Below are positions 9,427-19,036 of a stretch of 52,757 nt of DNA, piece after piece (the first letter of the stretch is position 1; the number at the start of each line of letters is the position of its first letter). A program made the translations under genes and the position numbers. Below the pieces are notes generated by a model. That model saw only the letters and a program-made list of their open reading frames with translations. It was not told the DNA's origin and ran no database searches. This DNA is from an uncultured bacterium (GTDB lineage: Bacteria; Krumholzibacteriota; Krumholzibacteriia; Krumholzibacteriales; Krumholzibacteriaceae), in the NCBI GenBank assembly GCA_965371515.1, contig CBDUYR010000019.1, positions 1-52,757 of the forward strand, written 5' to 3'.

Positions 9427-11487
9427 ATGGATTTTTCTATAGTCATCGTTACCCATAACAGTCTGTCCCCGGTGGAGAAATGTCTCCGCTCCCTCGAGGA
9501 GCACCCTCCCGGCGGAGAGTACGAGATCATAGTCGTTGATAACGCCAGTGGCGACGGGACGCCGGAGATGATCGGCGAATCGTTTCCCTTCGTGAGGTTG
9601 ATCGCCAACGAGGACAACAGGGGATATTCCAAGGGCGTGAACCAGGCGTTCCTCGTCTCGTCGGGCCGCTATTTTCTCATCCTCAATCCCGACATCATCG
9701 TCAGGGAGGATTCGATCGACGCCCTCGTCCGGTTCATGGACGATACGCCGGAGGCGGGCATCGCCGGTTCGAAGCTCGTTTTTCCCGACGGTTCCGTACA
9801 GCCTTCCTGCAGATCGTTCTATACGATCAAGGCCCTCTTCCTCAGGCGCACTTTTCTTGGAAAGTTCTTTCCCCGCGCGCGGGCGCTACGGGAACACCTC
9901 ATGAGCGATTTCGACCACGCCGAGGCGAGGGAAGTCGACTGGATCATAGGCGCCTGCATGATCGTGCGCCGCGAGACCGTCGAGGAAGTGGGACTGATGG
10001 ACGAGAGGTTCTTCCTCTATTTCGAGGATACCGACTGGTGCTACCGGATGAAACAGCACGGCCGGCAGGTCTGGTATGTCCCTGCCTCGGTCATGATCCA
10101 CCTGTATGAACGCTCCAGCGCGAAGTCGGTTCTGAGCAGGCCGTTTCTCCTGCACATACTCAGCCTGATGCGGTATTACGAGAAGTGGAACGCGATATCC
10201 CATTTTCTGAGGCGGCATCGGGGGACGATCAAGTCACTGATATTCGTCGCAAGCGACCTGATCGTGATAAACGTGAGCTTTCTTGCGGCGTACTACTTGA
10301 GGGGAGCGCTCCAGCCGTTCTTCGTGAACCACCTGTATCCGCTCGACTGGTACTCGATATTCATCGTGTTTTTTAATTTCCTGTTTCTGCTTACATTTGT
10401 TTCGACCGGCCTGTACAGGATCCGGAGGGGAACGGAATTTGCCGAGGAATTCTCCACGGTTGTCAGAGCAGTACTGATTGTGTTCGCCGTCCTTCTGACC
10501 GCGTCGTATCTGACGAAGGTGAGAATATTCTCCAGGGCGGTCCTGTTGGGGCACGCCGTTTTTTCCGTGATCCTCGTTTCGCTGTCGAGAAGATTGATAC
10601 GTCTCGTGCACAGGTCTCTCGTATTGGCAAGCTTCGATCTCAGGAGGGTGCTTCTGGTGGGGGACGCCGGGGAGGCGGCCGATTTCGCAGCGACGGCCTC
10701 GGACCATCCGGAAGCGGGGATCGATATAATCGGACGGGCAGGGCCCGGCGAAGACGCGCTCGGCGGGATCGGAGACCTTCCGTCGATCGTCGAGAGGTTC
10801 AGGGTGCAGGAACTGATAGTATTTTCCTCCGTGGGAAAGGACGACGGGATAGTGAGGATCATGACTGGTCCGGTATCGAGGTCGATCAGGATCAATATCA
10901 TCTCGTCCGCTGCGAAAGTCACCGGCCGTGACACGCGCTCGGAGCATGTAGGCGGCGTCTACATGTTCGCCGTTGAAAGAGGGGCGTCGTTCCTCCTGAC
11001 GAGGGGCCTGCAGAGGCTCATCGATCTCGCCGCCGGGCTGGTGCTGTTTCCCCTTTCGATCCTCTGCTGCCTGCCTTTCGCGACGCTCGGCCGGATCGGC
11101 GGAGGCATCAGGATGTTTACGGAGATGAGGAAGGGATCCGGAGGAGATTTCCGCTGGCCGAGGGTGGTGCTGAAGTCGGGCAGGGAGGCCTCGGATATTG
11201 TCAAGCCTCTCCTGGCGATGCAGCTTATCGCCGGGCGCCTGTCACTTACCGGGCCGCCGGCGCTCCCGGCATATTCTCCGGGCGAGAGGCCCGTTATCAG
11301 GCCGGGCATATCTGGCGAGTGGCGCATAAAACCTGTGACCGATCCCGGGAAGGTCACGGGAGACGAGATATTGATGTTGAACAATCAGACATTTGCGGGA
11401 AGAATCCTGCTTATGGTCCGGTCGGTCATCCCCTGTCTGGCCGGAAGATATCCGGAATGGTTTTACAGCAAGGGGGTCGACTGTTGA
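9427..11487 (+). CDS. GT2 glycosyltransferase fused to a WcaJ-like TM/CoA-binding module and a degenerate phosphoglycosyl-transferase domain
   Basis: N-terminal DNASGD, LNPD, GACM, FLYFEDTDWC. Then 4-5 TMs with GLY, then RRVLLVG. C-terminus has RLID...SLTGP...RPGISG. Confidence 0.8.
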   Translation: MDFSIVIVTHNSLSPVEKCLRSLEEHPPGGEYEIIVVDNASGDGTPEMIGESFPFVRLIANEDNRGYSKGVNQAFLVSSGRYFLILNPDIIVREDSIDALVRFMDDTPEAGIAGSKLVFPDGSVQPSCRSFYTIKALFLRRTFLGKFFPRARALREHLMSDFDHAEAREVDWIIGACMIVRRETVEEVGLMDERFFLYFEDTDWCYRMKQHGRQVWYVPASVMIHLYERSSAKSVLSRPFLLHILSLMRYYEKWNAISHFLRRHRGTIKSLIFVASDLIVINVSFLAAYYLRGALQPFFVNHLYPLDWYSIFIVFFNFLFLLTFVSTGLYRIRRGTEFAEEFSTVVRAVLIVFAVLLTASYLTKVRIFSRAVLLGHAVFSVILVSLSRRLIRLVHRSLVLASFDLRRVLLVGDAGEAADFAATASDHPEAGIDIIGRAGPGEDALGGIGDLPSIVERFRVQELIVFSSVGKDDGIVRIMTGPVSRSIRINIISSAAKVTGRDTRSEHVGGVYMFAVERGASFLLTRGLQRLIDLAAGLVLFPLSILCCLPFATLGRIGGGIRMFTEMRKGSGGDFRWPRVVLKSGREASDIVKPLLAMQLIAGRLSLTGPPALPAYSPGERPVIRPGISGEWRIKPVTDPGKVTGDEILMLNNQTFAGRILLMVRSVIPCLAGRYPEWFYSKGVDC

Positions 11488-13805
11488 AAGCAATGAGATA
11501 CCTGGTCCTCGCCGCGCTGCTTGCGGGCGGATCCGCGCATGCGGCGCCGGGGGACTGGAACGTATACATGAACGCCAGCGCGATCAGTCGGGTGACTGCG
11601 CTCGGAGACAGCCTGTGGTGCGGGACCAGGGGTGGGATCCTCCTCTTCGACCTGGGAGACTCGACATTTACGAGTTACCTCGATGGTCTCGAGTTGAGGT
11701 CGAACGATATCACCGCGGTGACGGTCGACGGGAGGGGGAGTATCTGGGCTGCGATGAGAGTAGCCGGGGTGGCGAGGATAGACAACCCGGACGGGAACTT
11801 CTCGGTAAAGGAATATACAGAGGTGCTCGACGGAATACTGAGCGACAGTGTCATGTGTCTCCTCAGGGTGGAGGAAGACATCTACTATGGAGGCGTCAAG
11901 GGAGTGGCGAAGTTTTTCAACAACGTCCCGGCCAGCGAGCCGGTCCTCACCGACAGCCTCGCGGGGAAAACCGTCTACGACATGACGTGGGACCCGGCAA
12001 ACGATTTCCTGTGGGTGGCATGCGGGGACGGGATAGCGAGCTACGACCGCGGCACGTTCGACTACATCTTCTACGAAATAGGCGAGGTCCTGTCGGTATG
12101 CATGCATGAGGGCGAGGTCTACTGCGTCTCGGACACTGCCGTCCTTCATCTCGACGATGGATCGTGGCCCGTACTGGGCGGGGGACTGCATATGGACCCC
12201 GTCGTAGTCTCCTCGGGTGGGGGGGCACTGTACTGTAACACGACGGGGATTGTATACATCTGGAACGGTTTGTACTGGGCCATGGAGGCCGCCAATGAAC
12301 TGAAGAACATGCAGCTGGCTGATTTCAGGATCGGTTGGGATACTAATATCCTCGGAGCGCTCGCGGTCGATGAGGACGGGGTGCCGTGGACAGGCGGATT
12401 CTACGAGGAGGGTGTCAGGGGGATCTATCTGGCCGGCTTTTCAGGAACGGACTGGACGTCCTTCCAGCCCGAAGGACTTACACAGAACAAGATAGTGGCA
12501 CTCGACTGCGATCCGGCAGGAAACATCTGGGTCAGCACGGGACAATACGGGATCTCTTTCCGTTCGACCGCGGACAGGTGGACTTCGTATACGAAGACCA
12601 GGAGCGATACCGGCAATGATGAAGCGCTCTCGTTCTACATCAACAATCTCGCCCTCCTGTACGATTCGCAGGGTTTCCTATGGTGCAACTCCCTCACATA
12701 CGACCTTGACAGGATCGACATCGGAGATCCGCTCGACAAGGACGACGATATCTGGACTCATTACGCAGCCGGTACGGGGACGATCACCTCCAACAGGTTC
12801 GTGAGGGCCGGGGAGGACCCGGGCGGCAACAGGTGGTTCATGTCCGACGACACCGGGTTCGAGAGCGGGATGTGGGGGATCAACATAGCAAACCGGGCCG
12901 GAGACGACTGGCTGACGGTCACCCCGGACATCTACCCGCAGATGGAAGGAGGCAACGTCTTCGACTGCGCCTTCGACGATCAGGGGGCCTATATCGCCCT
13001 GAGGGGTTACGGTGTGATGTACTGGCGAACGGGCGGCTTCGACTGGCCGACGCTCACTTCCGGCGACGGCCAGTACTGGACAACGATCCTCGACGAGGAT
13101 CGGCTGCCCAGCACTGAACTCTGGGCTGTAGAGCGGGGACCGGACGGCAGTATCTGGGTAGGCACGTCCGCGGGGCTCGTCAGGTATTCGCAGGGAGAGA
13201 TCGATTCGTTCACGGTCAAGACCGCCGCCGGCGAGGAGGGGCTGATCGGAAGCACGGTATACGATATCGAATTCGATGGCCGCGGCAGGCTCTGGGTCGC
13301 CACGAACAAGGGCCTGAACCGGATCGATCCGGACGGCACGATAACGGCGGCGTACACGACCGCACTGAAATGGCAGGAAGAACTTCAGCTGATCTATCCG
13401 TCCGATGTCATATCGCCCCTTCCCGATCACTCATGTATGGCACTGGCGTACGATCTATCGGGAGGATTCATCTGGATCGGGACGAAGAACGGGCTCGCCC
13501 GCTTCGACGCAAACGAACCGGTGGAAGTGATGCTGCCGATGTCCGACATGATCCTCTATCCAAATCCCGTCCATGCCGCCAGGGGAGATGATGCGCTGAG
13601 GATCGCGAGGATAAGCGGGCTGGTGGACATACGCGTGTACAATATCGAGGGCGAGCTTGTTCACGAGGTCGCCGGAGTGGCGGAGGGCGAGGTTGCCTGG
13701 GACCTCCTCACACTCAATGGATATCAGGCCTCGTCAGGTATATATGTGGTACAGGTGAAGGGAACGGGCGGTACGTCCATGAGAAAGGTTGCGGTGATCA
13801 GGTGA
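11484..13805 (+). CDS. secreted beta-propeller protein with T9SS-like C-terminal domain (PorZ-like)
   Basis: Signal peptide (MRYLVLAALLAGGSAHA; start TTG 11484 or ATG 11493). Repeated D..G.IW.GT..GL propeller blades. C-terminus YPNP...VYNIEGELV...WD....G...SSGIY...KVAVIR. Confidence 0.75.
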   Translation: MKAMRYLVLAALLAGGSAHAAPGDWNVYMNASAISRVTALGDSLWCGTRGGILLFDLGDSTFTSYLDGLELRSNDITAVTVDGRGSIWAAMRVAGVARIDNPDGNFSVKEYTEVLDGILSDSVMCLLRVEEDIYYGGVKGVAKFFNNVPASEPVLTDSLAGKTVYDMTWDPANDFLWVACGDGIASYDRGTFDYIFYEIGEVLSVCMHEGEVYCVSDTAVLHLDDGSWPVLGGGLHMDPVVVSSGGGALYCNTTGIVYIWNGLYWAMEAANELKNMQLADFRIGWDTNILGALAVDEDGVPWTGGFYEEGVRGIYLAGFSGTDWTSFQPEGLTQNKIVALDCDPAGNIWVSTGQYGISFRSTADRWTSYTKTRSDTGNDEALSFYINNLALLYDSQGFLWCNSLTYDLDRIDIGDPLDKDDDIWTHYAAGTGTITSNRFVRAGEDPGGNRWFMSDDTGFESGMWGINIANRAGDDWLTVTPDIYPQMEGGNVFDCAFDDQGAYIALRGYGVMYWRTGGFDWPTLTSGDGQYWTTILDEDRLPSTELWAVERGPDGSIWVGTSAGLVRYSQGEIDSFTVKTAAGEEGLIGSTVYDIEFDGRGRLWVATNKGLNRIDPDGTITAAYTTALKWQEELQLIYPSDVISPLPDHSCMALAYDLSGGFIWIGTKNGLARFDANEPVEVMLPMSDMILYPNPVHAARGDDALRIARISGLVDIRVYNIEGELVHEVAGVAEGEVAWDLLTLNGYQASSGIYVVQVKGTGGTSMRKVAVIR

Positions 13806-15244
13806 TCGGCGACAGGTACAGGAAGATCCTTATAGTCGGTGCGGGTGAGGCCGCCCGGATGGTCGCCTCGGAGATCGGCCGCTCTGCCGAGATCAATGCC
13901 TCCGTCGAGGGGTTCCTCGATGATGACGAGAACCTGGCCGGGACGGAGATCGAAGGATGTTCCGTGCTGGGCAAGACGACCGAACTCGAATCGATCGTTT
14001 CGGATCGTGAGATAGACGAGGTCATAATAGCGATTCCGACAGCCCGGGGCAGGTTGGTGCGCGACATGATCAGGCGGTGCCGCCGCGCGGGAGTAGCCTA
14101 CAAGATCGTTCCCGGGGTGATGGAGATCATACGGGGGACCGTCCACATAGACCAGATCCGGGAGGTCAGGGTGGAGGACCTCCTCGGGAGGGAGACGGTC
14201 AGCTTCGATCTCGAAGCGGCCACAGCCAGACTGGCCGGGAAAAGGATACTGGTGACCGGCGCCGGAGGCACTATCGGCAGTGAACTGTGCAGGCAGCTTG
14301 CAAGGGTGAAACCCGCGACGCTGATAATGCTCGGCCGCGGGGAGAACAGGATCTTCGCGATAGAGCAGGAGACCAGGGCCGATCATCCCGGGCTCGATAT
14401 CGTCACGGTCATCAACAACCTGCGCGAGCCGGAGAGGCTCGACAAGGTGATGAACAGGCTGGCGCCCGACGTTGTGTATCATACCGCCGCGCACAAGCAC
14501 GTGCATTACATGGAACGTGATCCCGAAGAGGCGGTGATGAACAACGTCTCAGCGACGATCAACCTTGCGAGGGCCGTCGAGAAATGCGGGGCGGAACGGT
14601 TCTTGTTCATCTCGACCGACAAGGCGGCCGATCCGAGAGGCGTGATGGGCGCTACCAAGAGGCTCATGGAGATGTACCTGAGGCAGATCGATCCCGACAG
14701 CGCCTGCAGGTTCATGACCGTCAGATTCGGCAACGTCATAGGCAGCACTGGGAGTGTAGTCCCGCTATTCGTGGACCAGATCGGCAGGGGCGGCCCGGTA
14801 ACTGTCAGCGATCCCGAGGCCACGAGATACTTCATGACCGTCAAGGAAGCGTCACTCCTCGTGATCCAGGCCTCGGTGTCGGGAAAGGGCGGAGAGACCT
14901 ACATCCTCGACATGGGTGAGGCGCTCAATATCCTCGAGATGGCCAGAGACATAATCATACTCACCGGGCACGAACCGGACGAAGAGATAAAGATAGAATA
15001 TACCGGGCTGCGAGAAGGGGAGAAGCTCCACGAGGTGCTCGTCGGAGAGGACGAGACCCTCGAACCGCCCGCTCCCGGAGAAAAGATCATGCTCGCCAGA
15101 TCGCCGGCAGCGACAGGCGATGCCTTCAGGGCCGATGTGGACAGACTCGTTGAAGCGGCAAGAACGGGGGACAGGGACGGTGTCCTGCGGTTGATGTCGG
15201 AGCTCATGCCCGGCTTCGGAGACGACCCGGGACGAAGCTCGTGA
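13802..15244 (+). CDS. UDP-GlcNAc 4,6-dehydratase (PglF/WbpM/CapD family), lacking N-terminal TMs
   Basis: IVGAGEA CoA-binding-like domain, EDLLGRE, TGAGGTIGSEL, AAHKHV, STDKA, MGATKR, RFGNV.GS.GSV, TRYFMT, GLREGEKLHE. Confidence 0.92.
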   Translation: MIGDRYRKILIVGAGEAARMVASEIGRSAEINASVEGFLDDDENLAGTEIEGCSVLGKTTELESIVSDREIDEVIIAIPTARGRLVRDMIRRCRRAGVAYKIVPGVMEIIRGTVHIDQIREVRVEDLLGRETVSFDLEAATARLAGKRILVTGAGGTIGSELCRQLARVKPATLIMLGRGENRIFAIEQETRADHPGLDIVTVINNLREPERLDKVMNRLAPDVVYHTAAHKHVHYMERDPEEAVMNNVSATINLARAVEKCGAERFLFISTDKAADPRGVMGATKRLMEMYLRQIDPDSACRFMTVRFGNVIGSTGSVVPLFVDQIGRGGPVTVSDPEATRYFMTVKEASLLVIQASVSGKGGETYILDMGEALNILEMARDIIILTGHEPDEEIKIEYTGLREGEKLHEVLVGEDETLEPPAPGEKIMLARSPAATGDAFRADVDRLVEAARTGDRDGVLRLMSELMPGFGDDPGRSS

Positions 15245-16209
15245 TCAACGGAGGGCCGGTGGAGACCCGCTTCGAAACTGATCTTTCGCGTGATGAAGTC
15301 CTCGAGTTCGTCTCGGCCTTCGATAGTGCCACTTTCTTCCATTCCCCGGTATGGCTGGAGATCCTCTCCGAATCGTTCCCGCGGTTCGAGTGCGGCTGGG
15401 TCGCCGCCCGCGACGGCGGGAAACTGGCGGGCCTTATGCCCGTAGCCAGGGTGACGAAGGGGCCCGCCTTCATGCTGCATTCCCTGCCTTTCGGTACCTA
15501 CGGCGATCCCCTCTCTTCCGACCCGGTAGTGCGGCAGACGGTCCTCGATACGTTTTTCTCGATAGCCTCCTCTCCGAGATGCACCGGAGCGAGTGCCAAC
15601 CTGGTCGGTTACCATGGAGAGGTGGCGACGCCCCGCGGATGGAGATGCAGGATGGAAGAATGCAGGGTCATTACTCTGCCCGATTCGTTCGAGGAATACA
15701 GGAGCAGGGGCATGAGCCGGAAGAGGCGGCAGTTGTGCAACAAGTGCGAGCGCGAAGGAGTGGTCGCCAGAAGGCTCGAGGGAGAGCGTGACCTAGAAAT
15801 GTTCTATGATATCTATTTCCACGGCGCCTCCGAATGGGGAGGAGTCCATCCATATCCGAAGGAATTCTTCGCGAGCCTTTTTCGCCACGGCAGCGAAGGC
15901 ATCTGTTTCTGGGGCGCTTTCATCGGGGACTCGCTGCTGGCGGCGCACGTCGATTTCTATTTCGGCAGGCTGGCACAGGCCTGGCAGGCTGGCGTTACGC
16001 CGCAGGCGCACGAGTACGACGCTGCCGCTTACCTCGTGATGGTCGCCGTCCGCGAGGCGATAGGCAGGGGCATCTCGGTCTTCAATCTCGGGAGCAGCAG
16101 CGGGGATGCAGGCATGATCTTCTTCAAGGAATCGATGGGCGGCGCTGAATATCTCTATCCTGTCGTGGAGAAAAAGAGGAGATGGCTCGAGTGGCTGAGG
16201 AGACGGTAG
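15241..16209 (+). CDS. FemAB-like GNAT acyl/aminoacyl transferase
   Basis: ATFFHSPVW, SLPFGTYG and FNLG.S......FFKESMG, consistent with the double-GNAT FemAB/Acetyltransf_6 pattern. Confidence 0.75.
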   Translation: MINGGPVETRFETDLSRDEVLEFVSAFDSATFFHSPVWLEILSESFPRFECGWVAARDGGKLAGLMPVARVTKGPAFMLHSLPFGTYGDPLSSDPVVRQTVLDTFFSIASSPRCTGASANLVGYHGEVATPRGWRCRMEECRVITLPDSFEEYRSRGMSRKRRQLCNKCEREGVVARRLEGERDLEMFYDIYFHGASEWGGVHPYPKEFFASLFRHGSEGICFWGAFIGDSLLAAHVDFYFGRLAQAWQAGVTPQAHEYDAAAYLVMVAVREAIGRGISVFNLGSSSGDAGMIFFKESMGGAEYLYPVVEKKRRWLEWLRRR

Positions 16210-17735
16210 AAAAGGGCGAATCGAGGATAGCGGAGAACACGGTCGCTCTCGCGGTCGCCGGTGCCCTGCAGATGATCTTCACGCTCGTCCAGCTCGGTGT
16301 ATTGAGCAGATACCTCGGTGGAGAGCGCTTTGGCCTGTACGTAGCTCTGAGAGGTTTTTCGCTCCTGCTGACCACTGTCATCCTCGTCGGCTTCCCCCAG
16401 GTCCTCGTCCGTTACCTGCCCTCTTTCCAGAGAAGGGGGCGCCGCGGCAGTGCGGCCGGTTGGTTCTTCCTCTTTTCGTCGACAGTTATCATCCTCGGGA
16501 CCGTTCTGTTGACCTTCGCACCGCGATGGACAGGCATAATGCCGGACAGCCTGTTCGCGTCGGATCTCTCCGGAGAGACTGTAAGATGGATGATCCTCGC
16601 ATCTGTGGCACTCGGTCTGAAACTCATCCTGTACGGGGGATTCAGCGGTCTGCGGGAGATGCGGATGCAGATGATCTTCGAGCTTGCCTTCCAGGTCCTT
16701 TTTACCGTTCTGATACTGCTCTGGCACAGCCGCCTCGACGTGGCGCTTCTCTTCAAAGCCCTGTTTGTGCTGAATGCGCTGGTCTGGGCCGCTGGGGTAC
16801 CGGTATACATGGCGATCGTGAGAAAGAGTTTCTCCCCAGACGAGAGGAGCTCCGCAAGGGGGATAGTGCTTCCGTCGCCGGCCGGCTACTGGGGCAGCGC
16901 ACTGGCGCTCAGTTACGCCGCGCTGGCGTTCTCCGACGTGGACAGGTTCCTGATGTCTTCCCTTCTGCCGGTCGCAGCGATATCGATTTACCACGTGGCC
17001 TCGAGAATCAATCAGCTTATCAAGAGATTTCTTGGTTTTCCGGTGGTGGCGCTCCAGCCGGAATTGACCAGGATATATGAAGAGGGAAGGTGGGACGATC
17101 TCTCCGGGTGGATCGGGCTGTTCACCAAGGCCAGTGTGATAGTGGCCCTGACCCTCGTCGCTGTCGCCGCGGCCACTGGCGGGGAGATGATATCCCTCAT
17201 CAGCGGATCCGAATACCCGGGCGCCTACCGGCTGCTTCTCGTGCTTCTGCCGACTGTTCCCGCGGCTGCATTCATCGCGCCCCTGACCGCCACGATGAGG
17301 GCGCTTCATTACATGAAATGGGCCATCGCCTGCGATCTGTCCTGGATGGTGGTCTACTTCGCGGGCCTCTTTATCCTCGTCCCGAGTATCGGGCTGATGG
17401 GAACGGCCGTGGCCCAGCTGGCCGCATCGGCCGTTCAGGTCGCAGTTGCCGTTATCCTCGCCCGCAGGGAGGGGCTCTATCCGAAAGCAGGCGGCATGGC
17501 GATGCTCAGGTCTCTGGCCGTTTCGTCCCTTTTCGCCGGCGCCGGGGCGGCGGCTTGCGCGGCCTGGGGCCTTCCCGCCGCCGCGGCATGTATCATGCTT
17601 GCTCCGTTCCTGCTGCGGCTAGCGGCGAAAAAACTATCCCTGTTCGAGCCCGAGGAGGCTCGGACGCTGGTCGAGATGCTGCGCGGCAGACCTGGCTCGG
17701 GACTCGTCCGCTGGGCGCTTTCACTGGAGGGATGA
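16182..17735 (+). CDS. Wzx-like oligosaccharide flippase (MOP superfamily)
   Basis: About 12-14 TMs; LSRYLG...FGLY, D.FL......I.IY..A.R, VP..G..G.A.A. Confidence 0.8.
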   Translation: MARVAEETVEKGESRIAENTVALAVAGALQMIFTLVQLGVLSRYLGGERFGLYVALRGFSLLLTTVILVGFPQVLVRYLPSFQRRGRRGSAAGWFFLFSSTVIILGTVLLTFAPRWTGIMPDSLFASDLSGETVRWMILASVALGLKLILYGGFSGLREMRMQMIFELAFQVLFTVLILLWHSRLDVALLFKALFVLNALVWAAGVPVYMAIVRKSFSPDERSSARGIVLPSPAGYWGSALALSYAALAFSDVDRFLMSSLLPVAAISIYHVASRINQLIKRFLGFPVVALQPELTRIYEEGRWDDLSGWIGLFTKASVIVALTLVAVAAATGGEMISLISGSEYPGAYRLLLVLLPTVPAAAFIAPLTATMRALHYMKWAIACDLSWMVVYFAGLFILVPSIGLMGTAVAQLAASAVQVAVAVILARREGLYPKAGGMAMLRSLAVSSLFAGAGAAACAAWGLPAAAACIMLAPFLLRLAAKKLSLFEPEEARTLVEMLRGRPGSGLVRWALSLEG

Positions 17736-19036
17736 TGCCTTCTCGAAAGCTGCTGATGCTCATCAATTTCTTTCCCCCCGCGGGCGGGGGGGGAGTGTAC
17801 CGTCCTCTGTCATTCGTCAAATATCTCTCGAGGATGGGCTGGGATATCACTGTGGTAACCCCGAAACCGGGGGAGTTCTGGATCAGTGACCCCTCTCTCG
17901 AGAAGCAGGTCCCCGAAGGCGTCCGGGTAGTCAGGACGGGTTCACTCTCGGCAGCGAGGATGCTCCGCGCGATCCATGGCCGCCGGAAGGACGTACGTGC
18001 CAGTTTGAGACCATCCGGCCGTTTCGAGGCGATGAGAAGATTCGGGGAACTGTTTCTCCTGCCTGACACATACATCGGATGGCAGCCCTTCGCGGTAAAG
18101 GCAGCCTCGCGGCTGTGCCGGGAAGAGAAATTCGACGCGCTCTATTCGACCAGTCCCCCCGACAGCACCCAGCTCGCCGCCCTGAAGGTCTCGTCGAGAT
18201 TCGGAATCCCGTGGCTTGCCGATTTCAGGGACCCGTGGATCTCGCTCTATCTCCGCGACTCTGTCTCGGCCGCTCACAGGAGGATCCTCGAAGGGATGGA
18301 AAGGCGTGTGGCACAGGGGGCAGACACGGTCGCAGTTACGACGGGATGGCAGCAGGAGACCCTTGCGCGGAAGGTGCCGTCGTGCAATGCGGTGAGGATA
18401 CCGAACGGGTACGACGAAGAGGATTTTACCGGGGAAACTGATGGGCCACCGGACGGCCCACTCCAGATCACGCACTGCGGGATGCTTACAATCGGCCGTA
18501 GATCCCACACATTTCTGGAGGGCCTGTCCAGATTCCTGGCGTCCGTTCCCGGGGCGAGAGGGAATGTCAGGGTGACCTTCATAGGGGCGAGGGAGTCGGC
18601 GAACGAGGAGTGGGATGGCATTGATGGCCTCGAGGGGACCGTGACGTTCGAAGACAACATGCCTCACGCCGAGTGTGTCGCGCGGGAGAGGAAAAGCCAC
18701 GCGCTTCTCCTGATAAAGCACGACGACGAGAGATACAACGGACTCGTGCCGGGAAAGCTGTACGAATACATCGGCGCGCGAAGACCGATCCTCGCTCTCG
18801 CTCCGCCGGGAGAGGCGGTCGATATCATCACCGGTCTGCGCAGGGGTGAAGTCGCCGGGCCGGGCGACGCCGGAGAGGTCGCGGCCGCGCTCGAAAGGAT
18901 TTATTCGGCATACACCGGCGGGACGCTCGATTTTGCCTATGACCTGTCACCCCGGCCCGGATTCTCGAGGAGAGCGGCGGCGGAGAGCCTCGACCGGGAG
19001 CTCGAACTGATAGCGGCGGGCAGGGGGGATGCCTGA
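17732..19036 (+). CDS. GT4 glycosyltransferase
   Basis: FFPPAGGGGVYR..FVKYL, PD...W, STSPP, DFRDPW, NGYD, PGKLYEY. Start moved to ATG 17732 after RBS GGAGG. Confidence 0.88.
   Translation: MMPSRKLLMLINFFPPAGGGGVYRPLSFVKYLSRMGWDITVVTPKPGEFWISDPSLEKQVPEGVRVVRTGSLSAARMLRAIHGRRKDVRASLRPSGRFEAMRRFGELFLLPDTYIGWQPFAVKAASRLCREEKFDALYSTSPPDSTQLAALKVSSRFGIPWLADFRDPWISLYLRDSVSAAHRRILEGMERRVAQGADTVAVTTGWQQETLARKVPSCNAVRIPNGYDEEDFTGETDGPPDGPLQITHCGMLTIGRRSHTFLEGLSRFLASVPGARGNVRVTFIGARESANEEWDGIDGLEGTVTFEDNMPHAECVARERKSHALLLIKHDDERYNGLVPGKLYEYIGARRPILALAPPGEAVDIITGLRRGEVAGPGDAGEVAAALERIYSAYTGGTLDFAYDLSPRPGFSRRAAAESLDRELELIAAGRGDA

Noticed and set aside
11319..11483. N-terminal extension of the PorZ-like ORF in the track
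   Set aside because: Overlaps the upstream gene; the signal peptide begins at 11484/11493.
17090..17731. 214-aa N-terminal extension of the GT4 ORF (apparent fusion)
   Set aside because: Overlaps the flippase gene in another frame; the RBS and GT4 motifs begin at 17732.
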